Part shown: in pieces, positions 39,259-52,527 of the stretch
How the letters are laid out: every line of letters begins with the position of its first letter
Numbering within the stretch: the stretch's first letter is position 1
NCBI GenBank assembly: GCA_964016885.1
Contig: OZ024741.1
Location: 317,316,001-317,380,000 of the forward strand
DNA from: Eledone cirrhosa
Lineage: Eukaryota
Reading direction: 5' to 3'
Length of the DNA stretch: 64,000 nt
Notes under the pieces: model-generated
Databases searched by the model: none
Told to the model about the DNA's origin: nothing
The model's input: the letters and a program-made list of their open reading frames with translations, nothing else
Position numbers and translations under genes: made by a program

Positions 39259-42200
39259 TCCGTCCTAAACGCGACAGCAGGTGTTCGACATAAACCCACA
39301 AGTCAGCAATTTTCGGACACTGGACGAGTGCGTGCAGGACGGTTTCGTCGCCCTGCGCGCATCTCGGACATGCCCGGCTGACGGCACCTCCATGCCTGTA
39401 GAGTTTATCCCGAACTGGCAAGGCTCCTCGGTAGCACTGCCAGGCCAGAGATTTCTGGAAGTTGTCCATAGGCCCTGGCCCGAAAGTTCTCCCGAAGAGA
39501 TTGGCTAGTTGATTTTCGTCGACGCCTAGAGTTTCCCCAAGTACGTCGTCGCTCTTCCCCTCCACTAATCCTCTATAGAACGCCGAGGTGGAGTTTCCAC
39601 CGATCACATTGCCCGATTGGTCGAGGGCTGTGAGCGCCTGAAGACATTCCAGTCTCCAGGCGCTCCCTCTCGGTCTTCGCTTGACCCAGGACTGCAGCTC
39701 CGTCAAGGAAACGAGCTGGGGAAAAACGCGTCTAGCAAACGGCGACCACACCTGATCACCGTCGAGGAAGAGGTGGAGATGTCGTAGCCTGAGCGCGTGC
39801 CTGCGCATCATCAGCCACGGCATGCCCAGCCCTCCACGTAGCGGGTGTTGACAACAGATGGACCGCCTGACCATCGGAGCACGTCCCTTCCACAAAAAGC
39901 GAAAGAGCAAACGCTCCAGCGCAGTCAGGCGAGGCTTAGGACAAGGTACGACGGTTAGGCGGTAGCAGATGACAGACGCGATGTACGCGTTAGCCACCTC
40001 CGCTCGACCTTTCAGGGATAGCTTCCTCTCCGCCCATTTCTGGGTGAGAGAAGCCACCCTGCTCGTCACCTCGTCCCAGTTTTTGTCCGTCTGGAGGTCC
40101 GGACCGAACCAGACCCCTAGCAATTTAACCGGTCCGTCCGTCCAGCGCCCGACGACGCTGTTGGACGGCATGGACCTGCCTCTCCAGGTGCCGAGCTGCA
40201 GGCCCACTGACTTTTCCTGGTTGATCATTGCTCCTGTCACCGCTTCGTATTCTCTTAGTGTAGTGCCGATCGCCTCGATGTGTTTGGCGTTCGACACCAC
40301 TACGGTGACATCGTCCGCATATGCTGACACGGATCTTCCGCATCCTAGTTCGCGCGGGACTCCCCTCAACGTCTCTAGTTTGTGCAGTAATGACTCGAGA
40401 GTCAATACGTACAAGAGGGACGAGAGGGGACATCCTTGGCGGACCGAGCGCATGATGTTGAACGGTTCCGACAGGTGACCGTTCACTCTCACCACAGAGC
40501 AGATGTCGCTGTGCATGGCAGCGATCCAGCCTCTGAAGACGGGCCCAAAGCCAGCCGCCCTCAGGACTGCCGCTAGGTAACGATGGTCGACCCTATCGAA
40601 AGCTTTCGACTGATCTAAATTGATCAAGGACCCACCCGTGCCAGGTTCCCTAGCTACCCTCTCTATGATGTATCGCATGAGGTGGAGGTTGTCGTGGATG
40701 GATCTGTCGGGAATGGCGCATGTCTGCGCCTCTCCCACCAGACCACCAACGACAAGCCCCAACCTCTTTGCTAGCACCTTGGCCAAAATCTTAAACTCTG
40801 TGTTTAGCAGAGTTATGGGCCGGAAATTGTCTATGTTATCCCCCTTGTTCGGATCCTTTCTCAGCAGTGCCACCGCTCCTCGGCTCACAGAACTGGGAAT
40901 TCTCCCGTTCTGTTGCCAGTTGCAGTAGACGTCCGCCAAGAGGCCTCCGAACAAGTCTGGCGTCTGTACGTAAAGTTCATAGGGCAGACCATCCAAACCA
41001 GGCGATTTACCCCTTGTGCAGCCAGTCATTGCCTCCCGTACTTCAGCGGCTGTTATCGGCTTTTCGCAACACCTCGCCTCAGTGGCCGAGAGCCGCGGCA
41101 GTCCGTCGAGGTAGACACTAAAGTCCATCCCTCTACCCGGCCCCCCGCTGCCCCCGAACAGCTGAGCGAAGTGTCGCTGAAAAGCTTCACACATTTGCCC
41201 GGGATCGAGTAGCATGCGCCCGTCGTGGTCCACCAAAGACCGGATCGTGGCTTTGTTGCCACGACGCGCCTCCGCCACTCGGGCCCATTGAACGGCTTTC
41301 GTCCCCTCGTGTCTGAGAGCACGCACCCTAGCTCTGACAACGCAGCCTTCGTGCTTTGCATTGAAGAATTGGTCAAGGGCCAATTTCGCCGCAAGCACGT
41401 CGGTCGCAATGCCTTTGCTAAGCGCCTCGTCTAATTTTCTAACTAGTTCTCCCTCTGCTCTATTTTTCTCTATTGCTAAAGCCTTACTAAACCTAATCGA
41501 TTCTATTCTAATCGCTCTTTTCAGAGCAAACCACCACTTGTTGTTGACGATGGCCCCCGTCAACGCCCGCTTAACTAGTTCGCTAATCCGGTCTCTGTAG
41601 GCCTTGCGCGCTGGTAAGGACGCGTTTAGCTTCCAGTAGCCGGGTCCTCGTCTATGAAGCCTATCTAAGTCAAGCACACAGGTCACGAATTTGTGGTCCG
41701 TGTAGCTGACTATCTTGAATTGTGGACAGCCTATGCTAGACCTATCTATTTCCCTACAAAATACTCTATCTAGATATGATCTGGATGACCCTATGCGGTT
41801 TGTCCAAGTCCACATTGGCACATTCGGGAAATCCAATCGGTACCTGTCAGACAGTTCAAAACGCCTGAGCAGGTTGGTGAGGCTCTTGCACCCTCCACCC
41901 CTATCCGCTAATCCCACACAGTCCCAGCGTGCATCTAAGATCCCGTTCCAGTCGCCCACTAACACTAAAGAGCGGGACGTTCCAAGAAAGGTCTCCAGTC
42001 GCCGGAAGAAATCAGGCCGCCCTGCTCCTGTCGGGGCATAGACGGCCACTAGCCTGAAAGCTTTCCCGTCTCCGCTGGTCACGTCCAGCACCACCAGCTT
42101 ACCCTCTGGGTCCAGGAAGATGGCCCGTATGGCGAGATCCAAACCTCTCCGAAAAAGCACAGCAACTCCTCCACCGGATCCAGGACGGCTGGGAGATGCG

Positions 42201-42373
42201 TACACATCGAAGCCGCCGAAGATCGGTGCGAAGGCCCGTGCTTCGGAGATTCTGGTCTCGCTGATGGCCACTACATCTATGTTTAGTGACCTGAGGTCGT
42301 TGAGCAGGTGACCCTGCTTCCATGACGACCCCAAGCCACGCGCATTTATGCTGCCTATTCTGAGTGAGGTCAT
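39224..42373 (-). CDS. T7 ORF2 (APE and RT), C-terminally truncated, reads into the neighbouring element
   Basis: 1049 aa; INARGL, GDWN, TDH, QGCPLS, YADD, CPRC..H..QC. Confidence 0.88.
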   Translation of the reverse strand: MTSLRIGSINARGLGSSWKQGHLLNDLRSLNIDVVAISETRISEARAFAPIFGGFDVYASPSRPGSGGGVAVLFRRGLDLAIRAIFLDPEGKLVVLDVTSGDGKAFRLVAVYAPTGAGRPDFFRRLETFLGTSRSLVLVGDWNGILDARWDCVGLADRGGGCKSLTNLLRRFELSDRYRLDFPNVPMWTWTNRIGSSRSYLDRVFCREIDRSSIGCPQFKIVSYTDHKFVTCVLDLDRLHRRGPGYWKLNASLPARKAYRDRISELVKRALTGAIVNNKWWFALKRAIRIESIRFSKALAIEKNRAEGELVRKLDEALSKGIATDVLAAKLALDQFFNAKHEGCVVRARVRALRHEGTKAVQWARVAEARRGNKATIRSLVDHDGRMLLDPGQMCEAFQRHFAQLFGGSGGPGRGMDFSVYLDGLPRLSATEARCCEKPITAAEVREAMTGCTRGKSPGLDGLPYELYVQTPDLFGGLLADVYCNWQQNGRIPSSVSRGAVALLRKDPNKGDNIDNFRPITLLNTEFKILAKVLAKRLGLVVGGLVGEAQTCAIPDRSIHDNLHLMRYIIERVAREPGTGGSLINLDQSKAFDRVDHRYLAAVLRAAGFGPVFRGWIAAMHSDICSVVRVNGHLSEPFNIMRSVRQGCPLSSLLYVLTLESLLHKLETLRGVPRELGCGRSVSAYADDVTVVVSNAKHIEAIGTTLREYEAVTGAMINQEKSVGLQLGTWRGRSMPSNSVVGRWTDGPVKLLGVWFGPDLQTDKNWDEVTSRVASLTQKWAERKLSLKGRAEVANAYIASVICYRLTVVPCPKPRLTALERLLFRFLWKGRAPMVRRSICCQHPLRGGLGMPWLMMRRHALRLRHLHLFLDGDQVWSPFARRVFPQLVSLTELQSWVKRRPRGSAWRLECLQALTALDQSGNVIGGNSTSAFYRGLVEGKSDDVLGETLGVDENQLANLFGRTFGPGPMDNFQKSLAWQCYRGALPVRDKLYRHGGAVSRACPRCAQGDETVLHALVQCPKIADLWVYVEHLLSRLGRIRHLPPSDLLK

Positions 42374-44716
42374 GTTTAAAATAGAGTGGAAAAGATGGGA
42401 AAGACCACTTACCGTACTTTTGGTAGAGGAGGGATGGTTTTTACATCCCTTTTCACTTGATCGTCTGGTGAAGGGACCGTTGAATCGTCCCTTCGGCTGG
42501 TCGTCGGCTCTTCTAAGAGAATGTCTGAGTATACTCTTCGATTGATGGTTCCTCCTAGGTCCCTGAAATCACCAACTGCGTTGGGGAATTTCGTTTTAAT
42601 ATTTGTGTATTGTTTCTGTGCTATTTTTAGCAGTCTTATGTTAGTTGGCGTTTTGATTGGTGCTGGTATTATGTAGTCCTGTTGTGAAATGTCTGTGTGT
42701 TCAATTATGTAAGTCATTAGTTTCTTGTTGTGTGTATTTATTGCCGTGCATTTGTTTTTCTGGGGGTGGGGTGTGGTTCTGCTATTTTCTTGTCGTTGTT
42801 GCTGGGTGTGTGTGTTTTGTTGTTGTGTTTGCGATGTTGGTGCTTGTGGTGGTGGTGTTGAAGGTGTTGTTGGCGGTGGGGTTGTCGCCGGTGGTGATAG
42901 TGGCGCTAGTGTGGGTGGTGATGGTGTTGGTGTTGTTGCTGCTGTGGGTCTCTTTGCAGTAGACTTTACCCTTTTCTCATTTCTTTCCTCCCTTTTCAAA
43001 GGCGACGATGCGCTGCTTCTGCGTTTGTGCCTTCTTGCGACCTTTTGCCATCTCTCTCCCACCTCACACTCCATGTCTGATTCTGTAAGGTCGGGGAGGG
43101 GTACCAGCTCCACTCTTTCACTTGTTGTTGTTGGTGATGTTTGCACTGGAGTCTCTGTTGCAGCTGCATTTGGTATTGCTGTTGTTGTTGTTAATATTTC
43201 CACTGCTGCTGCTGTCTTTGATTTCCGTGGAGTGGGTATGGGTGCCACGGACCTATCGTTCCTGGTTGCCGCTTGTCCTGTTGCTGGTAGCCGTGGAGCC
43301 GGATTCGGAAGGAGGGGGGTTTTCTCCTTTCTCAGGGTCTTCTCGTTGCAGAAGGCCCTGAGGTGAGTCTTCGATCCACAGCGAAAGCATTTCGGGCGTT
43401 TGCCCTCAACACTTATGGGCAGTTGAGTGCCGTTATCGAAGTCTATCACATCCGGGATAGCTTCGATGCACTCCTGGTTGGTTTGGATTAGCATCTCAAT
43501 GGAGGAGCCGACCCAATCTTCTCTTACTTTTTTCTGTACTTGCAGTACAGTTGTTTTGTCCTCGATTCCGACGAGGACAGACGCGGCCAGCCAAGAAGGG
43601 GTCATTCCGGGGGGGACGTGGGTCAGTTTGACCCTCACAATTTTTTGCCCGCAGTAGGAGGGCACCAACACCATTTCCTCGCTCCTTAGGGTCACTACTG
43701 ATTGGGCCTTTGCCTCCTGGGGTGTGGCAAAAAGTACGTCTACGGTGGCGTATTTTTTTGCCTCGGGTGATGTGCGTTTTCCTCTGCCACACAGACCCCA
43801 AGGCTTTTTGTATTTGGGCCTCTGTGGCTCTTTCCACCCTACGGGATTTTGTACTTACTGTACGGTACGTGACCGTACAGTGCTCTTGGGTTTCGAAAAA
43901 ATTTTTCGCTGCCTTGCAGATTGCTCGGTGTCCGTTCTTTGTCACCATCTTCTTCGCTTCCTCTAATTCCTCATTTGTTATGAGGATTGTTTCCAAGTTT
44001 TTCGCAATACCTGCAAATGAGATTGGTTTTTCTCTGCTGTTGTTGTTGTCGTCAGAGCTGCTGGTACTTTTGTTGCTGCAGGTACTACGACTACTGCCTC
44101 CGCCGCTGTTGCTGTGGTTGTTGTTGGTGTTGCTGCTGCTAATGCTGTTGTTGTTTATGCTGCTGGTGATGCTGTTGCGGCTGCTACTGTTGTTTTCATT
44201 GTCACTGTTGCTGTTGTTATTACGGCTGCTACTGCCATTATTCCTGACGTCAGACGAATGAACTGGGTTTTCGTATTTCCCGCACAGCTGTTTCGTCGCT
44301 GTCGTCGTCGTCGTGGAGAAACCTTGCACGCTTTGCACGAGACTTTTCTTTTCTTTCGTCGCTTGCGAAAGAGAAGGGAGGGAGAGAGACACATTTAAAG
44401 AAGGGAGGGAGAGAGACAATCTTCTCTCTGCTGTAGTGATGATTGAGGAAGAAGAAGACGGAATGAGTGGGAGTGACGTATGAAATTTCTTTTTGGTAGC
44501 CATGTTTTTTTGTTTAAAATGAAATTTTGGGTACAAAACCCCAATAACTGGTTATTTAACCCCGAAGGGCCAAATAACGGACAGAAAGACCCCTCTCACG
44601 AGGAGGAGGGTGTCTTTATCAACAATTTGGTTCAAGTTTTAAACAATTTACAATTGTTTTAACGGTTAAAAATTACTATACCTTACAGAGCCGAGCCTCC
44701 GTCAACCATGGCATTC

Positions 44717-44717
<1 letters not shown>
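39259..44717 (-). mobile_element. Tx1-clade element T7 (distinct subfamily), intact 5' end, 3' end lost
   Basis: ORF1, ORF2 and a 5' terminus resembling that of T5; 5' flank is (TAA)n. Confidence 0.93.
42409..44503 (-). pseudogene. T7 ORF1 with one frameshift
   Basis: ORFs 43496-44536 and 42409-43695 change frame near the homopolymer at ~43753; zinc knuckle CFRCGSKTHLRAFC. Confidence 0.8.
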
Positions 44718-44757
<40 letters not shown>

Positions 44758-44758
<1 letters not shown>

Positions 44759-47700
44759 GAAACATCCCGAAAACAGAGGCTATATTGACAGTAACAAACT
44801 AGCCAATATACGAAGAAATATTGTAAAAAAAAAAGTTACTAACTGATATAGAAATTGATCAGATCAAGCTATTAGCACAAAGTCAGCGAAGGGAAAATGA
44901 AACATGTGTCAGTGAAAACGAGGTAAATTGTAACACTTCGAATCCCAGGGTTGGGGCGGAATCACTGACAACAGAACAAATTAAAGAAAGGATCGAAAAA
45001 GTGGAGGGAGTGCATGCTCAAGATGAAACTCCAAATGAAAACAATGAGATCGTAAATGATAAAGAAATGAATGAGAATGAACTTGCCAACTTGAAGGATG
45101 AAATTATGATCGAATGGATGAAAATGAAAGAATCTGACATGGGGGAACGAGACACCCTCCCTAAGATCCAGAACTCCAAACAGAACCAAAAGATAATACA
45201 CAAGACTAACATAATTATCAAAAACATTATCATCACAAACAAACTAAACATTACTGATTTAAATCATCTCTATTATGCATCGGCTAAAGTCACCACTCAC
45301 TTATGTGGAGTGAATATGAAAAAACAAAGGAATTCCCACAAGAAATCTACTTGGCAAGAGAACATCAATCGCCAAATAAACCTTCTCCGATCTGACATAG
45401 AAATTTTAACAAACTCTAAAGTAGGTGAACATGTTAAACAAACTAAACTTAGAAAATTAAAAAGAAAGTACAGTATAAAACCAACAAGTGACATAGGCAT
45501 GCTGATAGAAATAATCAAGCAAAAAGTGTCGGCCAAAGCTGCTCGTATAAGGCGCTTTGAAAAACGATCTAGATTCTATAAGGACAATAATATGTTCAAA
45601 ACCAACCAAAGAAACTTCTACAGAAAAATTGGTAAGTCAACAATAACTGCTAAATCAATACCACCCAAGGAGGAAGTGCAAGAATTCTGGGAAAAGATCT
45701 GGGCCGAAGAAAAAGTTCATAATATACATGCCCCATGGATAGACAGACAAATGAAAGATACAGCTCGCCTTGAGGAACAAATATGGGAAAATATAACAGT
45801 TGAACACTTGCGTTTGGCTCTAAGAAAAACCAGCAAATTGAAATCCCCAGGAAAAGACAAAATACCAAATTTTTGGATAAATGCCTTCACAGAGTCTCAT
45901 GAGCTGTTAGCCCAACTTTACAATGAAATAGTTAAGGAGCCAGAAAAGATACCATCATGGCTAGTTAACGGCATTACATTCCTGCTTCCGAAGAATGATG
46001 AGACAAACAATCCCAAAAATTACAGACCGATAACTTGCTTGACCACAATGTATAAAATGTTAACATCAGTCCTAACTGAATATACATATGACCACCTGAT
46101 AACAAATGACCTATTTCCCATTGAGCAGAAAGGGTGTAAACGAGGCTCATATGGCTGTAAGGATCAGCTTTTGGTTAACAAAATGATACTGGAAGATTGT
46201 CATAATAGATACAAAAATCTATCAATTGCTTGGATAGATTATAAAAAAGCATTCGATAGTTTGCCACACAGTTGGATTGAAAAATGTTTAGAGATTTTCA
46301 AAATATCCCCCGTTGTCAGGAGGTTTTTGTCATTCAGTATGAAGACATGGAAAACGACACTCCTTTTGAATAGTGAAACAAAATCACTGGAAGCTGGAGA
46401 AGTTAATATTAATTGTGGAATTTTTCAAGGTGACTCTTTATCACCGCTTTTATTCTGCATCGCACTTATACCATTAAGTAAAATGCTCAGTGAAACAAAA
46501 CATGGATATAAAGTCTATGACAAAACCATTAATCACTTGTTCTACATGGATGACCTGAAACTATTTGCAAAAAATGATGAACAATTGCAAGGGCTATTAT
46601 CCACTGTGGAGCAGTTCAGTGATGACATTAAAATGGAGTTTGGACTAGATAAATGCGCCAAAGCAACGTTCACCAGAGGAAAGCTGCTGAAAAGTTCAGA
46701 CATTAATCTTGATCGAGGGAATGTGATAAGAGAACTTGATCAAGAGGAAACTTACAAATATCTAGGTGTTTGTGAAGGAGACGGAATCAAGCACTCGACA
46801 ATGAGGGAAAGGATAAGGAAGGAATGTTACTGCAGAGTAAGAGCAATGTTAAGAACGGAATTGAATGCAAGGAATAGGATCGATGCCATAAACACGCTTG
46901 CCATACCAGTAGTAACCTACAGTTACAATGTCATCAACTGGTCAAGCACAGAGATCCGTAGGCTCGATACAAAAATTCGAAAATTCTTAACCATGCACAG
47001 AATGCATCACCCTAAGGCAGATACAGATAGAATATATCTCCCAAGGAAAGAAGGAGGACGTGGGTTAATCCAGTTAGACATTGTGTTGAAAACTGCAACA
47101 ATTGGATTATTTACATATCTAAGGGAATCACATGATTGGATGATCAAACTCGTTTTGAAACACGAAAGCATCAACAGATCATACTCCATTACAAAAGATG
47201 CACAAAGATACAGTAATGGACTACACATTTCAGAAGTCCCATTTACTGCTGAAATGGAAAACACAGAAAAAGCAAAGCAGGTAAAAGTAACTGCAAAGAA
47301 AGAACTGCTACAGAAACTGGCTAAGAAATATCAAGAAAAGCCTCTGTATGGAAAATACCCAGAACGAGCTAACAATCCTGATGTTGACAAAACTTTAACC
47401 CATCAGTGGTTGGCATCCTCTGGACTGAAATCGGAGACTGAAGGACTGATTATATCAGCACAAAATCAGTGTCTGCCAACAAAAAATTACCAAGCCAACA
47501 TAATAAAAAATGGATGCAGCCCATTATGCCGTGTATGTAAAAAACAACCATAGACCATTGACCATATAATTTCAATGTGCAGTCCTATAGCTCCAACCGA
47601 ATACCTAAACAGGCATGACAGAGCTGCACAATACATACATTGGATAATGTGTAAGCATTTTGACCTGCTCCATCAAAAGAATTGGTGGGAGCATCAACCA

Positions 47701-48236
47701 CCTCCCATACTTGAAAAAGATCACATCTCAATCTTGTGGAACTTTAGCATCCAAACAGACCGAAAAATAGATGCAAATAGACCTGATATAATATTGAAGG
47801 ACTTCAAAAAGAGGGTATGCCTGCTAATTGATATGTCTGTTCCAATAGACAAGAATGTATCTATAAAAACATTTGAAAAATTGAGCAAGTATAAGGACCT
47901 GGAGATAGAAATTGGAAAAATGTGGAAATTGAGAACTAAAACAATACCAGTGGTTGTAGGCGCTCTAGGAATGATACCTAAGGGGTCTAATGATTACTTA
48001 TCGCAAATCCCAGGAAACCCGCGTATAGGAGAAATACAAAAGATAGTACTAATGGGAACTGCCCATATACTAAGGAAGATTCTGTCAATATAAGTACATC
48101 ACAAGTCTAAACACTAAAGATGCATGTGTGAGTATGTATGTTCTTTCTTGAACATGGCGGACCTTGTTGTCTCTTGAGGTCACTGGTTGTGACTTGGTGA
48201 TAACTCGTATGAACATAAAGCAAGATAAATGCAACT

Positions 48237-48238
<2 letters not shown>
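44758..48238 (+). mobile_element. R4/Dong-like element, family B, near full-length
   Basis: RT (GIFQGDSLSP, FYMDD) and RLE (RHD, RPD, DMSVP, KY); one in-frame TAG at 47551; (TAA)n on both sides. Confidence 0.92.
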
Positions 48239-48298
<60 letters not shown>

Positions 48299-48602
48299 AA
48301 GAAGAAGAAGAAGAAGAAGAAGAAGAAGAAGAAGAAGAAGAAGAAGAAGAAGAAGAAAAAATACAAAGTTCTGTTCAAAATAATGAAAATGAAGAAACGA
48401 CACGGTAAAAGATTATGTACGTATCAATATATATAACAGTGAAGCAAATGTTCATTATTTAAAGAGATTTGAAAAGATTAAGCAAAGAATATTTCCAATC
48501 GCCTTGTGTATATATATATATATATATTACTCTTTTACCTGTTTCAGCCATCCGGCTGAGGCCATGCTGGGGCACCGCCCTTATATATATATATATATAT
48601 AT

Positions 48603-48665
<63 letters not shown>

Positions 48666-48799
48666 GGAATTGGAAATATATATATATAAAACATCTCATG
48701 TATTTACATTGAGCTATTTTTCTTACTGATAATAAGGTAGTAATAAATTACTGACCTTTCCTGTTTATAGTTGTATATAGTGTATACATAACTATAATT

Positions 48800-48965
48800 A
48801 ATTGTTTCTACTTTTGGCACAAGGCCAGCAATTAACCAGTGTATTACTGGTACTTTATTTTATCGACCCCGTAAGGATGAAAGGCAAAGTTAACCTCGGC
48901 GGGATTTGAACTCAGATCATAAAGGCACCAAAGCATGGCGTCCGACTCTCTACCGATATTGGCAA
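48800..48965 (-). mobile_element. tRNA-derived SINE
   Basis: Same family as 31696-31882. Confidence 0.8.
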
Positions 48966-49432
48966 TCCAAATATTATATATATATGTGTGTATGTATGTA
49001 TGTATATATATCCAATTCCACCTTTTCTCTCCGTATATACATATATATATATATGTCGAAACGGCTTGAGCTCAGCCGTCGGGGTCTTACTTGTTCCTAT
49101 ATATATATATTTATATATGTATATTCGGAGCGGGGTGATTGTGGTTATTTATAAGAATGTGTACGTTTAGTTAAGAAAATGATTTTCAGACAATAATCGT
49201 ATAATAATAAAAAACAGTAATCATGCGTAGTTTAATTTAGATGTGTATATATATGTGTGTGTGTATGTTTGTGTATGTGCTTGCGTGTGTGTGTATGTGT
49301 GCGTCTGTGCGTTTGTGTGTGCGCGTGTGTGTGTGAATGTGAGTTCTATATTTCGAAAGAATGTAATACATGTACGCATGTATTATTATTTACTTGGGGA
49401 AAAATGTGCTTTGTTTGCATATAATATAGAAT

Positions 49433-49463
<31 letters not shown>

Positions 49464-49562
49464 TTACATATATATATATATATTTGTATACATACATATA
49501 TATACATATGTATGTATATACGACTCTGTGTGTGTCTATATGTACACACACACAAGCACAAG

Positions 49563-49615
<53 letters not shown>

Positions 49616-50189
49616 CTAGACTTTATTTTTGTGATCTGTAATTTTCAATCTAAATAAATACATCAATATAGAAGTGAAACAGAAGCAGAAATTAGAATAG
49701 GATGAAAATAAATTCAAAACTGGAAAAATATTTTTTACAGAAATTCTAAAAAATACAAGAAAATGTAAATTAAACGAAATTTATTAACGACGCCAACATC
49801 AAGTGTAATAACAACAACAATCATAACAAAGATTATGACATCATCATCATCACTATCACTAATATTTTTATCATCATAACATCAGCAGCAACACCAACAG
49901 TAACGAGAACAAAACCAATGGTTGTTTAAAATACAAATTGAAAATGAAAGTAGAAATGGAAAGAAAAAGAAATAATAATAAACGTATGCAGTTTATTGGC
50001 AGTGAAGTTACGTGACATTAAATTAGTTTTGCTGCTGTTGTTGTTGGTTGTGAAGGTGGTGATGACGATGGGTTGTTGTTGGTTGTGAAGGCGGGGATGA
50101 CGATGGGTTGTTGTTGGTGATAGAGGGTTGAAAGCTGAAAGTGGTGGTGGTAAATGTGTAAACCAGGGAAGCTGGATCTTTCCTGTCTA

Positions 50190-51730
50190 TCTCGTGCTAT
50201 CCAAACCATCATCCCGGTATAAGCTTCTGTCAATGGATTTGGTTAGCAGCAACATCTCCAAGTTCCTCTGGTTTATTTTTTACTTCCCCTATGTTGCTCT
50301 TTAATCTTTTCTTTGCCATATCTGTAATGAAATACAAACACACAATTCACGGTAATGGAAATAATCCAAAACAATAGAGACAGGGTAAACCCGGCTCCAA
50401 ATAAATATAATTCAACTACCAGCATATAATTAAATAAGAAGGTGAGATCCTGTTCCATTCTGTGGTACAACCCAACCCACTCCTTGGGGCTACAAAAAAA
50501 CATAACTAGACTTTTTTAACATAGCTAGACTATTTTAACGCATTAGATAAATGTTTTCCAAAATCACACAATTACAGTCAAATCTTTAATCGACACATGA
50601 TTAAACTTTCTTACTCAACAACCAAAAACATAGCCCAAAATATAGCGAAGATTAATAATAGAATTCTGGAAATTAAACATAAATAGATAGCACATAATAG
50701 CAAGCACAAACACATTGATAGATTAAACAGCAACTCGAACAACAGACAGAACACCATAAACACGGATTAGACAAACCAACGGACACACAGACACAGAGAA
50801 GGAACAATGAACGGTAACGAGAATAATTGCAATTGTAGGGACCATAACAGATGTCCTATGCAAAATAATTGTTTAGATAAGAATATTGTCTATGAACGTA
50901 GTGTAACAACGTGTAGTGAGACTTATAGGTATATTGGCACAACCTCTACAAGATTTAAGGAAAGATGGTATAACCATCGCCACTCATTTAAAAGAGCTGA
51001 TAAAAGGTCTAGCGCAGCCCTGTCGGAACTGATTTCGTCGCTAAAAAACACCAAATACAATACTCCCTTTCTTGGTCAAAACTTTCACATGCTTATCCCT
51101 ATATAAATGGATCTATATCTTCTGGGTGTGACCTCTGTACTACAGAGACTTTACGCATCTTAAATAGAGCGCACAAAATTATCAATAAACGCTCTGACAT
51201 ATTTAATACTTGTTTACATAAAATATGTAAAACATTCGGCATAGTATATAGTTAAAACTTCCGTAAGTAATATAAAATAGACCATCAACTAATTAATAAA
51301 TCATTCATGAATATATAGATACATTATAAAATCACCATCAAAGTATCAATATCTAGTAATTAAAATTAATCTAAGTAAGTAAAATCTAGTCAGGAAATAT
51401 TAAAAAGTAAAAAAAAAAAAACAAATTAACAGCTCTTCCATGCCATACTATGAATCAAGCAACAAATCTGGAAACCTGATACCCAGCCAGCTTACAATCA
51501 CCAATGCCAGCAACAATAATATATCCCACAAATAACAGAACAGCTACAAGACAAATCTAGCCATATGTGTATTGGTCGGCGAGGTGAATAACACGTCCGA
51601 CTGGTAATATATCAATGTAAAATTACATCTCGTTTGTCTGAAGAGAACGTGTAAGGGAGTTATTATATAACTACCTTAAATCTTCGAAATACGTATAACG
51701 AATAAAATAGGATGTACGAATATATATATA
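50190..51730 (+). mobile_element. Penelope-like element 3' portion (linker, GIY-YIG, 3' UTR), degenerate
   Basis: ILWYNP, LDKCFP..IFNR..KLSYS, CNCR..CP..C..NIVY..YIG..FKERWYNH, CDLC. Confidence 0.88.
51633..51702 (+). ncRNA. Type I hammerhead ribozyme motif in the Penelope 3' UTR
   Basis: tttgt-CTGAAGA-gaa..taagg/cctta..ttc-GAAA-TACGTA-TA-acgaa; AATAAA follows. Confidence 0.8.
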
Positions 51731-52301
51731 GTGAAAAATTGAACGGGAACAAAACAGAGAGGCAGTACAAACAAATGTTTATTAGTTTCACGCTCTTGAG
51801 AGTGGGATATGATATATACATTGATAGACAGACAGATAGATACATATACTGCTAAGCTGAAGAAGAAATATATATTGAGAAAAAAATTAACATTAGAACA
51901 TCTGTTAACAATTCTGTTTCTTCTTTTATCTTTTTAGTTTCTTTACTGCTTTACTGATGAGAGCCATCTTATTTTATTTCAGTCTTTTTATCTTATTTAC
52001 CAATATATTCCCAATATATTCCCAATATATTCCCAATAATTTGAAAGTTCTCATTTCTCTTGTTTCTCAGTATTGCAGTGATTTATGTCAGTGAGAGTAA
52101 AGTCAGCGAATTGGTTTTGAAAGTGTCCCTCTTCTAGCCATATTGGAAATGTTTCTTCCGCACTGAAAACAGTCTTTGGCGTTTATTTATTGCTCTTTTT
52201 CTATTTTTCTTGTTTCATTTCCTACGTAAATTTATGTAAATTTTACTATAATTTATGTCCTTTAGTTATTTTATTGTAGTTGGTTTTACTATTGTTGAGT
52301 G

Positions 52302-52527
52302 AAGGGCGGTGAATTGGCAGTATCGGTAGAGCGTCCGACACCATGCTTTGTTAGCATAGAGTGACGGCGCTTTGTCTTTTGAGTTCAAATCCCGCCGAGG
52401 TTAGCATTGCCTTTCATCCATTCGGTATCGATAAAATAACGCACCAGTAATGCACTGGGGTCGATTTAATCGATTTTTCCCCTCCCCAAAAATTGCTGAG
52501 CTTGTGCCTATAGTAGAAATCATTATT
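52302..52527 (+). mobile_element. Full-length tRNA-derived SINE (a second tRNA-like SINE follows, to ~52690)
   Basis: Box A TGGCAGTATCGG, box B GAGTTCAAATCC, (ATT) tail. Confidence 0.8.

Noticed and set aside
52302-52400. tRNA gene
   Set aside because: A and B boxes are present but there is no cloverleaf; it continues into a multi-copy SINE body.
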